From Candidatus Latescibacterota bacterium (lineage in GTDB: Bacteria; Latescibacterota; UBA2968; UBA8231): DNA of 64,000 bases. The translations under genes and the position numbers were made by a program. Below the pieces are notes generated by a model. It was not told where the DNA came from. It saw only the letters and a program-made list of their open reading frames with translations, and did no database searches. Numbering within the stretch: position 1 is the stretch's first letter; the number at the start of each line of letters is the position of its first letter. Location: NCBI GenBank assembly GCA_965208105.1, contig OZ242318.1, forward strand, positions 288,001 to 352,000. Reading direction: 5' to 3'. This document shows, piece by piece, positions 1-8,602 of the stretch.

Positions 1-562
1 CGCGGGAAAGACAAGTCAAAGCGGGGAACTGGCACACTTCAGCCCGGGAGATCACTTCACCACGTTCACGATAAAGGGGGTCAAGTGTGGCACACTCATT
101 TGTCACGAATACCGCTACCCAGAGCTCTACAGGGAGTATAAACGACGGAAAGTCGACCTGGTCTTCCACTCTTATCACGCCGGTAACGTGACCCCTGAAA
201 GGGGCCGGGTGTACAGGAAGCAGATCGGTGAGGAGTTTCTAAAGTTCAATGTGGGGGAGTCCCATGCTGCAATCACCATGCCCTCCACTATGATTGCCGC
301 CGCCGCACAGAACCATGTTTGGATCAGCTGCAGCAATACGTCGGCCCGGGAGAGTTGTTTTGCGAGCTTCATTATTCGGCCGGACGCAGCCATTGTTGGT
401 CGGTTGCGTCGCAATCTGGCGGGCGTTCTGATTACGGAGGTTGATACTGGCAAGTCGTATTATGACTCAACCAAGGCGTGGCGAAAGCGTGCGATGAACG
501 GCCTTTTTCACAGCGGGACTCTCGTGACAGACCCACGATCGAGGGATCGCAAAGGAATTTGA
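1..562 (+). CDS. Carbon-nitrogen hydrolase (nitrilase superfamily), 5'-truncated by window edge
   Basis: The frame of ORF 188..562 is open from position 2 and reads ...FSPGDHFTTFTIKGVKCGTLICHEYRYPELYREY..., matching the nitrilase nucleophile motif G-x-x-I-C-Y/H-D/E-x-R-F/Y-P-E. Confidence 0.8.
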   Translation, partial: AGKTSQSGELAHFSPGDHFTTFTIKGVKCGTLICHEYRYPELYREYKRRKVDLVFHSYHAGNVTPERGRVYRKQIGEEFLKFNVGESHAAITMPSTMIAAAAQNHVWISCSNTSARESCFASFIIRPDAAIVGRLRRNLAGVLITEVDTGKSYYDSTKAWRKRAMNGLFHSGTLVTDPRSRDRKGI

Positions 563-752
563 AGTCGCTGAGGAAAAAACAGCGCATACCAGGTCCGCGT
601 CCGGCTTCAGGCTTGCTCCCTTCGCGCAAATGCTACGCGGTTCGGGCACGGGGGAAACGTTAAGCGCTCGTTCGGATTAGTCTACCAGACGAGATGTAAT
701 CGAGGCAGTACGGATCGAAAGCCCGTGGCTTGGTCCGCGAGCAATGGTAAGG

Positions 753-1133
753 TTAGACACTTCCTATTACACGTCCCTGCCCGGCTTCGGTCGGATATCC
801 ATCCCTCTTCCACCAGTCCAGACCTCCCATCAGCTCCTTAACCCGAAATCCTAACCGGGCCATATTCAACGCCCCCTTGGTCGATGCATTGCAGCCGATG
901 CCGTCGCAGTAGGTGACGTAAAGCGCCTCTCGGTCCAAATGGGCGGTCGCTTCTTCGCTCATGGTGCGGTGGGGGATATTGACCGCACCGGGTATATGCT
1001 CCTGCGCAAATGCTTCGGGAGACCTCGCATCGATTACCACCACGTTTTCCCCTTTCTCGATGGCTTCGTTGAGATCCCACGAGTCCGTTTCATAGCTCAG
1101 TTTATCCTGGTAGTGTCGGGTTTGCTCGTTCAT
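753..1133 (-). CDS. Rhodanese-like domain protein
   Basis: VVIDARSPEAFAQEHIPGA, active-site loop YCDGIGCNAS, and LMGGLDWWKRDG are typical single-domain rhodanese motifs. Confidence 0.9.
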   Translation of the reverse strand: MNEQTRHYQDKLSYETDSWDLNEAIEKGENVVVIDARSPEAFAQEHIPGAVNIPHRTMSEEATAHLDREALYVTYCDGIGCNASTKGALNMARLGFRVKELMGGLDWWKRDGYPTEAGQGRVIGSV

Positions 1134-1261
1134 TCTTTTTCCTCTGTTGTCTAGTAAACTTCATTGGATATGATTTTGGCCTGACCGGTGCCGTGAAGGA
1201 AAATATCGTTCAGGCGGATTCTGTCGACTCGCCGCCTTCAGCCGAGAGCCATCTGCAGACC

Positions 1262-2821
1262 TCACCCGCCCGGATGCGCCCAGTCCGGCAGCACTCCCGG
1301 TTCGATCCCGAAGAGCAGCGGGCCCATGGCGCGGAAGACCAGGGTGATCACCACCGCGCCCACAATGTTGAGGACGATGCCGACCCGCGCCATCTCCGAG
1401 ATTTTGACGCGGTCGCTGCCGAATACCACCGCGTTGGGGGGCGTGGCCACCGGCATCATGAAGGCGCAGGAGGCCGACAGGGTGGCCGGGATCATCAGCA
1501 GCAGGGGGTGAACCCCGGTGGACACGGCGACGGCGGCGAAGATGGGCAGCACCATCTCGGTGGTTGCCGTGTTCGAGGTGAGTTCGGTGAGAAAGGTGAT
1601 CGCCAGGCAGATGAGGAGGACGAGGAGGACGGGCGGCACCGCGCCCAGCCCGTCGAACCCTTCGCCGATGAAGCGGGCAAGTCCCGTGGTCCGGAATCCG
1701 TGGGCCAGGGCGAATCCTCCACCGAAGAGCAGCACGATGTTCCACGGCAGCCGGCGCACCACGTCGGGCCCCATCACCGTCCTGGATTGGGCGCCTGGAG
1801 ACCGGGCGGGAATCAGGAAGAGGATGGCGGCCATGGCGATGGCCACGGTTCCGTCGTCGATCAGGTGGCCGAAGGGAAGGAGGGTGGACCAGCCGGGGAT
1901 GGTGAGTCCGCCGATGGCGATGGGCGCGCGAAAGACCCAGAGCACCGCGGTCAGGCCGAAAACCGCGAGGACCGCTTTTTCCTCGAAGCCGATGGCGCCG
2001 AGCTTGCGCATCTCCGACTCCACCACGCTCCGGTCGACGGCGACCCCGCTGGATATGCGGAAGAAGACCTGGGTGATCAGGGCCCAGGCGCAGGCGAGCA
2101 GCAGAGCCGAGATGGGAGCGGCCATGACGAACCAAACCCCGAAGGACAGGGGCGGCGCTTCGGGGAAGGTGATCTGGAAGATGCGCTCCAGGGAGAGGTT
2201 GGGCGGAGTGCCCACCAGGGTGGCGATGCCCCCGGCCGAGCAGGCGTAGGCGATCCCCAGCATGACGGCCACCGAGAACGGCCGGGTGTGCTCTCTGCCG
2301 AACTGCTCCTCCATCCTCAAAATCACCGCCAGGCCCACCGGAATCATCATGATCGCAGTGGCGGTGTTGGAGATCCACATGGAGAGCAGGGCGGAGGCGA
2401 GCATGAACCCCAGCACGATGCGCGCCGGCCCCCCGCCCACGGCGCGGATGACCCAGAGGGCGATGCGGCGGTGGACGTTCCACTTCTCCATGGTCAGGGC
2501 GATCATGAAGCCGCCCAGGAAGAGGACGATGGTGCTGTTGAAATAGATGGGAGCGGTGGACCCGGTGCGCTCGATGCCCAGCAGCGGAAAGAGGAACAGG
2601 GGGAGCAGGGCGGTGGCGAAGAGGGGAATGGCGTCGGTGATCCACCAGGCGGCCATGAGCACGGCAAGGGCCGCCATGCGGGTGACCTCCGGCCTGCCCG
2701 GCTCCAGGTCGAGAATCAGGGTAAGCGCGAACAGGATGGGTCCGAGCCACAGGCCGATGCGCTGGCCCCGCGACCGGGGCTCCGCGGAAGTCGGCGGTGG
2801 ATGATTGGGTGTAGTGGTCAT
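1262..2821 (-). CDS. SLC13/DASS family sodium:dicarboxylate (or sulfate) symporter
   Basis: 519 aa polytopic membrane protein with SMWISNTATA, TLVGTPPN, TELTSNTATT and FMMPVATPPNA motifs. Confidence 0.92.
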   Translation of the reverse strand: MTTTPNHPPPTSAEPRSRGQRIGLWLGPILFALTLILDLEPGRPEVTRMAALAVLMAAWWITDAIPLFATALLPLFLFPLLGIERTGSTAPIYFNSTIVLFLGGFMIALTMEKWNVHRRIALWVIRAVGGGPARIVLGFMLASALLSMWISNTATAIMMIPVGLAVILRMEEQFGREHTRPFSVAVMLGIAYACSAGGIATLVGTPPNLSLERIFQITFPEAPPLSFGVWFVMAAPISALLLACAWALITQVFFRISSGVAVDRSVVESEMRKLGAIGFEEKAVLAVFGLTAVLWVFRAPIAIGGLTIPGWSTLLPFGHLIDDGTVAIAMAAILFLIPARSPGAQSRTVMGPDVVRRLPWNIVLLFGGGFALAHGFRTTGLARFIGEGFDGLGAVPPVLLVLLICLAITFLTELTSNTATTEMVLPIFAAVAVSTGVHPLLLMIPATLSASCAFMMPVATPPNAVVFGSDRVKISEMARVGIVLNIVGAVVITLVFRAMGPLLFGIEPGVLPDWAHPGG

Positions 2822-2896
2822 TGGGTTTGTCGACTTCTCTCTGGACTGAAATTACGGCCTAGGCCACCCCACGATCTTCCAGGAAAAGAAGAGGAC

Positions 2897-3922
2897 TCAT
2901 CGGACCAGGTGTCCGAAGCGGTTCCAACGGACGGAAAATCCATCCTGGACCGAAAGATACACGATCCCCGCCTTGGCGCGCAGGGAGGAGCGTGGAACCG
3001 GACCGTGAGTGCGGCTGTCGGAACTGCTGTCCCGGTTATCGCCTAGAAGGAAATAGTGGCCCCGTGGGACTTCGATCGGGTCCGCAATGTCCATCCAGGC
3101 ATGTCGAGGCCCTCGGTAGACGCCCGGATCACCTGGCAAAGGCTTCCCGTCGATGTATAGGACGGTGTCGCGCAAGGAGATCTGTTCCTCCGGCAGCGCC
3201 ATGATCCGCTGCGCCAGCATCTTCCCCGGTTCCTTCGGGTGTTCGTAAACGACAATGTCTCCTCGGCTCGGCTCGAAGGTACGGGCCCATCGCCTATCGG
3301 TTGTGATGTTGTCACCTTTCAGCAGGGCAGGCTCCATGGAAGTGGACGGAATTTTGAAACTCTCGATGTGGTTCTTGATCTGATGGTGCATTTTTTCGAT
3401 GACCACGAACTCGAACCAGGCCGTGAATGCCAGGACGGCCAGGGCGATGGGCAACTCGAATCGCAACTGAGGTCTGATACGAGTGGCGCAGGTTCCGCTG
3501 ATCAGGTCGTGAAGGCCTCGCTTTCCTTGCGTGAACGGGATTAGAAGAAATGATATCCCAAGTACCAAAAAGTCGGCGAGGGTGCGAAGCAGACTTCGGC
3601 CAAAGGAAACAGGCCGCAGCTTCCGGTCCACCACGGCCAGACCGAAAAGGCTCTTACCCGGCGACTGCCGGCCTTGAGCATTGAGATACGCCAGACCTGA
3701 GATGTTGGCGGCCAAGCTCCCCGGGAACCACACAAACAGGAAAAGCTGCAGAAGCGCTTCCGTGCTCAACCTCGCGCCGAGGTGAAGGAACAGTAGCAGG
3801 AGAGCGGAAGTTGTGAAGGTCAATCCCAACGAGTCGACCAGGGCACTGGCGAGGCGAACCCAGAAACCTGGAGGATTTTCTGGCACCATAACCTGATCCT
3901 GGCCACACCCACGTACGATCAT
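2897..3922 (-). CDS. RDD domain - signal peptidase I (S26) fusion; catalytic Lys position is Gln
   Basis: N-terminal RDD motifs (GFWVRLASALVD, QSPGKSLFGL, RGLHDLISGT). C-terminal S26 boxes IPSTSMEPALLKGD, RGDIVVY, LAQRIMALP and LLGDNRDSSSDSR. Start may be ATG at 3889. Confidence 0.8.
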   Translation of the reverse strand: MIVRGCGQDQVMVPENPPGFWVRLASALVDSLGLTFTTSALLLLFLHLGARLSTEALLQLFLFVWFPGSLAANISGLAYLNAQGRQSPGKSLFGLAVVDRKLRPVSFGRSLLRTLADFLVLGISFLLIPFTQGKRGLHDLISGTCATRIRPQLRFELPIALAVLAFTAWFEFVVIEKMHHQIKNHIESFKIPSTSMEPALLKGDNITTDRRWARTFEPSRGDIVVYEHPKEPGKMLAQRIMALPEEQISLRDTVLYIDGKPLPGDPGVYRGPRHAWMDIADPIEVPRGHYFLLGDNRDSSSDSRTHGPVPRSSLRAKAGIVYLSVQDGFSVRWNRFGHLVR

Positions 3923-3930
3923 AAGGCGTA

Positions 3931-5418
3931 TTACTGTGTGCTCAGGTCGGCGAGTACCTCGCGGAAGCTGTTGAGACCTGCCTCCAGGTTCTCGATGATC
4001 TCTTCGGCGAGCTCGTCGGGCTCAGGAAGGTTGTCCAGGTCTGTCAGGCTTTCGTCCTTGAGCCAGAAGATGTCGAGACTGGTCTTGTCGCGTGCGCTGA
4101 TCTCCTCGTAGCTGTAGCTGCGCCAACGGTCTTCCGGTGCGTCGTTTTCGTCCCAAGTCGCCTTGCGCTGATGCCGGTTCTGCGGGTTATAGCAGTTGAT
4201 GAAGTCCGACAGGTTCTCGAAGCGCATCGGGTTCTTCTTCAGCGTATGGTGAATATTAGTGCGGTAGTCGTAGTACCAGACCTGCTTCGTCCAGGGGTTC
4301 GGGCTGGCTTCGTGGTTGTCGAAGAAGATCACATTGGCCTTGACCCCTTGCGCGTAGAACACGCCGGTCGGCAAGCGCAGGATGGTGTGCAGGTCGGTGT
4401 TGTCCAGCAGCTTTTTGCGGATTGTCTCACCGGCACCACCTTCGAACAGCACGTTGTCGGGAACGACGACGGCAGCGCGGCCAGTGGTTTTGAGCATCGT
4501 GTGGATGTGCTGCACGAAATTGAGTTGTTTGTTCGAGGTCGTCGCCCAGAAGTCCTGCCGGTTGTAGGTGAGGTCGTCTTTCTCCTGTTCGCCCTCCTCG
4601 TTCGTGAAGCTCATTGAGCTTTTCTTGCCGAAAGGCGGATTTGCGAGCACATAATCAAAGCGCTCGCCGGCATCGGCCACGAGCGAATCGTTTGGCGATA
4701 TGGATACGCCGCCGTCGATCTCGCCAATGTTGTGCAGGAACATGTTCATCAGGCACAGACGGCGTGTATTGGCGACGATCTCGTTGCCGTGAAACGCCTC
4801 GTGCTTCAGGAACGCCTTCTGATTTCTGTCCAGGTTGAAGTTGTGCGGGTTGGTGATGAAGTCGTAGGCGGCGAGAAAGAAACCGCCTGTACCGCAGGCC
4901 GGGTCGGCGATGAGCGTGCCCGGTTCGGGGCGGACGCATTCGACCATAGCGCGGATGAGGGCGCGCGGAGTGAAATACTGGCCTGCGCCTGACTTGGTAT
5001 CTTCGGCGTTCTTTTCAAGAAGTCCTTCGTAAATATCTCCTTTTACATCGGCACCCATGGTCACCCATTCGGTGTCGTCTACCATGTTGATGAGGCGGAA
5101 CAGCCTTGCCGGGTCCTGGATCTTGTTCTGGGCCTTGGTAAAGATCTGGCCTAACATGTCCGTCTTAGTGCCATGCTCGCGAAGCAAGGTGACGTAGTGG
5201 TTTTCGAGCTCCGCACCGTTCTTTGATTTCAGGCTCTGCCAGTTGAATTCGGCTGGGATGCCGACATCGCGGTTGTACGGCGGTTTGGCGTATTCATCGG
5301 CCATCTTGAGGAAGATCAAATAGGTGAGTTGCTCCAGGTAGTCGCCATAGCTCACCCCGTCATCTCGCAGGGTGGTGCAGAAGCTCCAGACTTTGGAGAC
5401 GATGGGAGCGGTGTTCAT
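3931..5418 (-). CDS. hsdM: Type I restriction-modification methyltransferase subunit M (m6A)
   Basis: GQYFTPR, DPACGTGGF (SAM binding) and NPPF (catalytic) motifs; 495 aa. Confidence 0.95.
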   Translation of the reverse strand: MNTAPIVSKVWSFCTTLRDDGVSYGDYLEQLTYLIFLKMADEYAKPPYNRDVGIPAEFNWQSLKSKNGAELENHYVTLLREHGTKTDMLGQIFTKAQNKIQDPARLFRLINMVDDTEWVTMGADVKGDIYEGLLEKNAEDTKSGAGQYFTPRALIRAMVECVRPEPGTLIADPACGTGGFFLAAYDFITNPHNFNLDRNQKAFLKHEAFHGNEIVANTRRLCLMNMFLHNIGEIDGGVSISPNDSLVADAGERFDYVLANPPFGKKSSMSFTNEEGEQEKDDLTYNRQDFWATTSNKQLNFVQHIHTMLKTTGRAAVVVPDNVLFEGGAGETIRKKLLDNTDLHTILRLPTGVFYAQGVKANVIFFDNHEASPNPWTKQVWYYDYRTNIHHTLKKNPMRFENLSDFINCYNPQNRHQRKATWDENDAPEDRWRSYSYEEISARDKTSLDIFWLKDESLTDLDNLPEPDELAEEIIENLEAGLNSFREVLADLSTQ

Positions 5419-7022
5419 GTGGGGGCATCTCTTGTCTTGAGTCGCACAGCCAAAGCCTCGCCGCCGGCAGTTCGGCGATAGCGCTGGTGGCGACTTTGTG
5501 GTTTGTCAGGGAGGGTCATTTCGATCAGACCAGCCTTGAGGGCGGGGCCAAGGTATGCTTCCACGAAGTGAGGCCGGTTACTTATGCCCAGGATGTCCTG
5601 TAGCTGAGGACGGTTCATTTCCCCCGTGAGGATTGAGATCAGGCGTTCAACATGTTCTGTGACATGTATGGTCTCATGTACGGTATCTTGTTGGGTGTCC
5701 TGACTTTTCTCCTTATTTTCCAATGACTTATCTTGTTCGGTCTCATGTTCGGTCGCGGCAAGAAAAGCCCGTTCATGTACTGGCAATCGCACCAGAAACC
5801 AAGTTCGGTTCTCATCGCTTTCGAAGATGGGTTCCGGTGAGCCGTTCTGCAGCATGGCCCGGAAGATCTTCGGCACCCCGGTTGAGCGCGCCTCGGCGAG
5901 GTCGAGTTCTTTCAGAAACTCGCCAATTCGCCGGTTCCGGTAGCGCCTGCTCACGGCCTGCCCCTTCTTGAAGTCATCCATACGGATGGAGCGGTCCGCA
6001 CCGGGATAACTCAAGACCAGCAACTCTTCGCGGGTGATCCGAACTTCAACCGGCTCCCGCTCCTCGTATGAGCGATGGTAGATGGCGTTTACCAAGACCT
6101 CTTCGATAGCGCCGATGGGGAAATTCCAGAATCGCTCGGCCTCCGGCATGTGGGGATACTTGACGACGGTCTCCTTCAGGTAGTTCCGCTCAATGTAACT
6201 GATGGCCTCGCCGAGAATGATGGACAACGGCCCGCGGAACTCCTTCTCCTCGAACTGATCGCCGCCCGGCCCATCGGGAAACCACACAACATCGATCTGG
6301 GTGGCCGGAAAAAACCTGTCTGGCCGCTCGTTGAAGAACAGCAGACCGACGTTCTTCGGGAACATCGCCTCGGGCGGGCCGCCGACGATGTTCAGGCGCT
6401 TGCCCAAGTCCTCGACGGACAGGCCCTCTGCTTCCGATGCCAGTTCGCTGCCGATTTCCACGAGAAACTCACGGATCAGCCGGTGGGACAGGTCATCAAG
6501 CGAAGCAGTCTGGCGATAGCGGTCGTCAAAAGGTACTGTGGCCGCCAGGCTGAGCAGCTCACGCTCGTCCTGACCCTTGGCGCGAACCGTGCTGCTGTGT
6601 CTGCGAATGAAGTAGGCCCAATCGTTGCGCTCCGCACTCAGACTCACTTTGGCTTTGTAGGGACGGGTTTCGCCGCCGGGCACCCAGAGGACGAGGATGG
6701 TCCGGCCATCGACGTTGTAGGCAGCGGTGAGGGGATGGTAATGCGGCTGTATGGCGGCATGCCCCAGATTGAGCAGTTCCTTCTGTATCGCATCGACAGC
6801 ATCGGGTCTGATGCCCTTGGGCGGCAAAATTGGGCGGCCATTTTGTTCCTGGACGCCTAAGACCACGTAACCGCCGCCTAGATTGTGGAAGTCGTTGGCG
6901 AAGGCGCAGATGGTGTGCAGCACGCTCTGCGGATTCCAGCCAGCCTTGTACTCGATGCGTTCTCCTTCGATGGGGCGCTGGCGCAGCAGGTGGTCGATGT
7001 TGATGGGAAGTTTGCCGGTCAT
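5415..7022 (-). CDS. AlbA_2 (Schlafen-like) / RecG-C-type HATPase domain protein with C-terminal Fic-associated HTH
   Basis: EGERIEYKAGW...TICAFAN...GGYVVLGV (AlbA_2), EVLVNAIYHRSY, YRNRRIGEFLKELDL, and C-terminal YLGPALKAGLIEMTLPDKPQSRHQRYR. ATGA overlaps with both neighbours. Confidence 0.8.
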   Translation of the reverse strand: MTGKLPINIDHLLRQRPIEGERIEYKAGWNPQSVLHTICAFANDFHNLGGGYVVLGVQEQNGRPILPPKGIRPDAVDAIQKELLNLGHAAIQPHYHPLTAAYNVDGRTILVLWVPGGETRPYKAKVSLSAERNDWAYFIRRHSSTVRAKGQDERELLSLAATVPFDDRYRQTASLDDLSHRLIREFLVEIGSELASEAEGLSVEDLGKRLNIVGGPPEAMFPKNVGLLFFNERPDRFFPATQIDVVWFPDGPGGDQFEEKEFRGPLSIILGEAISYIERNYLKETVVKYPHMPEAERFWNFPIGAIEEVLVNAIYHRSYEEREPVEVRITREELLVLSYPGADRSIRMDDFKKGQAVSRRYRNRRIGEFLKELDLAEARSTGVPKIFRAMLQNGSPEPIFESDENRTWFLVRLPVHERAFLAATEHETEQDKSLENKEKSQDTQQDTVHETIHVTEHVERLISILTGEMNRPQLQDILGISNRPHFVEAYLGPALKAGLIEMTLPDKPQSRHQRYRRTAGGEALAVRLKTRDAPT

Positions 7023-8602
7023 GCTGTTGCTGTCGTGCGTCTGCGTTTTGCCCGCGTGTTGCTTTGAGACCGTGCAGCTTTTTCGGCTTTGATACGGTCA
7101 AGGAGGCTGGATGCAGGCTCGTCATCCGGGTCTTGCGGGACGAGCTTGCCGGAGAAGGCTTTTTTGAGGATGGATTGGCGGAGTGTCTCCGCCTGATTCA
7201 AGGCCGAATCGATCTCTCGCTCCTGCTGCTCGATCACCGCGAATCGCTCCTCCAACAGTCGGACAATTTCTTGCTGTTCGGCCAGAGAACAGAGTGGGAG
7301 CGCGATCTGAGCGAACTTGAATGCACCTAAGTGGTTGATTCCCACGCCGCCTGCAACTTGAGCAAATTTCCCGCTCACATAGAAGAAGCGATACAACCAA
7401 AACAGATAAACCGCATAGTCACGACAATATGGTTGATGTCTGATAACGGTGTTTTGAAAGCAGCAATTCGGGATCTGATCGTCCCAAATCGCTGGCTTTC
7501 CGACTTGCGCTGCGCTGCCGGATGCTTCGGACAGAACCAAATCACCCTTTTCCAGACGGTATGCGTTTAGGTCGTGAGGAAGGAAGTCCATGTCGAGAAC
7601 GTCGTCCAAATCCAAACCCTGTTCCGTAATGTTCGCAGCTCGGATGTACTTCGTGGGATAATCCTTAGACCTGTTCTTTGGAGAACGTTGTCGACCGAGT
7701 TGGACGATTCCTATAGACTCGGCGGTCAACCATAGCCAACCACTCGGCAGTGATTCTAGGTGAGCGATCTCGTCTTCTGCTATCGTTGAGACTGGCTTGG
7801 GCATTCTTGACCGTGCCGGCCCCTTGCCTGACCTACCGCTTTCCTCCCATTCCTTGACGGTGGCCTTCCACTCCTGAAGTTGCTGTCTGTAACGCGCTTC
7901 CCGCTCTTGCTTGATGCGAGCAAGTAATTGTCCGGGCGTCTCAAGCTTGTCTTTGTTCTCTTCGCGCCACTGGTCCGTGAGTTTGCCTTCGAAGGCGTGC
8001 TTGAGTACGGCTTGGCGATAGACGTTGAGCTGCGCGCGTGCGGTCTTCAGGCTCTCGACACCTTTGTCCAGTTCGGAAAACAGTTCCTCGATCTTGGCGG
8101 CGATGCGCCGCTGTTCGGCTATGGGAGCAAGAGGTATCGGAAGGTCGCCGAAGGCTCTACCAGATAGCTCCAAAAACGTCGTACCACTCGCACGTTTGCG
8201 CGCGTAGTCTCGTGAGGCCATCAAGTAGTAGTAGACATACTCATTGAAAATACCAGATGCAGGAATGAGGCTCTTGAAACCCTGGTTTGTGGCTAGCGGC
8301 TCCGAGCTGATGACGACGTAGCCGATTGGTGCGCGCGTGGAGAAGTGTACGCTACCGGCTGGCATCACCTTCGCCGAGCTATTCGAGAGGCCAATCTTGG
8401 AAATGCTCTTTGTCCCCCTCTTGATGGTCTTTGCCGAGAACCCCGTCAAGTCGGCTGGTGAAATCCAATTGATCTCATTTTTCCAATATGTCGGTTCTTT
8501 GGTTGACGGGGTTCCACCTGCGACGATGTCGCCGAGTGCTGATAGCTTGGTCCACACCCAGCTATTAGGTAGTGCCCATCGCGATTCTGGCTCACGACTC
8601 AC
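7019..8602 (-). CDS. hsdS: Type I R-M specificity subunit S
   Basis: Two TRD repeats (LPNSWVW...PLAPIAEQRRIA; LPSGWLW...PLCSLAEQQEIV) and coiled spacers ending RQAVLKHAFEGKL and RQSILKKAFSGKL. Confidence 0.95.
   Translation of the reverse strand: MSREPESRWALPNSWVWTKLSALGDIVAGGTPSTKEPTYWKNEINWISPADLTGFSAKTIKRGTKSISKIGLSNSSAKVMPAGSVHFSTRAPIGYVVISSEPLATNQGFKSLIPASGIFNEYVYYYLMASRDYARKRASGTTFLELSGRAFGDLPIPLAPIAEQRRIAAKIEELFSELDKGVESLKTARAQLNVYRQAVLKHAFEGKLTDQWREENKDKLETPGQLLARIKQEREARYRQQLQEWKATVKEWEESGRSGKGPARSRMPKPVSTIAEDEIAHLESLPSGWLWLTAESIGIVQLGRQRSPKNRSKDYPTKYIRAANITEQGLDLDDVLDMDFLPHDLNAYRLEKGDLVLSEASGSAAQVGKPAIWDDQIPNCCFQNTVIRHQPYCRDYAVYLFWLYRFFYVSGKFAQVAGGVGINHLGAFKFAQIALPLCSLAEQQEIVRLLEERFAVIEQQEREIDSALNQAETLRQSILKKAFSGKLVPQDPDDEPASSLLDRIKAEKAARSQSNTRAKRRRTTATA

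Noticed and set aside
1161-3046. Long ORFs of 529 and 617 aa overlapping the DASS gene, and similar shadows at 9649-10896, 24448-26013, 28194-29576 and 56243-57874
   Set aside because: Alternative-frame or antisense shadows of well-supported GC-rich genes, with Arg/Pro/Gly-biased composition and no motifs.
2862-3920. Similar GGCCAC(A)CCCACG...ATC words on both sides of the RDD-peptidase gene as insertion scars
   Set aside because: Short, gapped match that is expected by chance.
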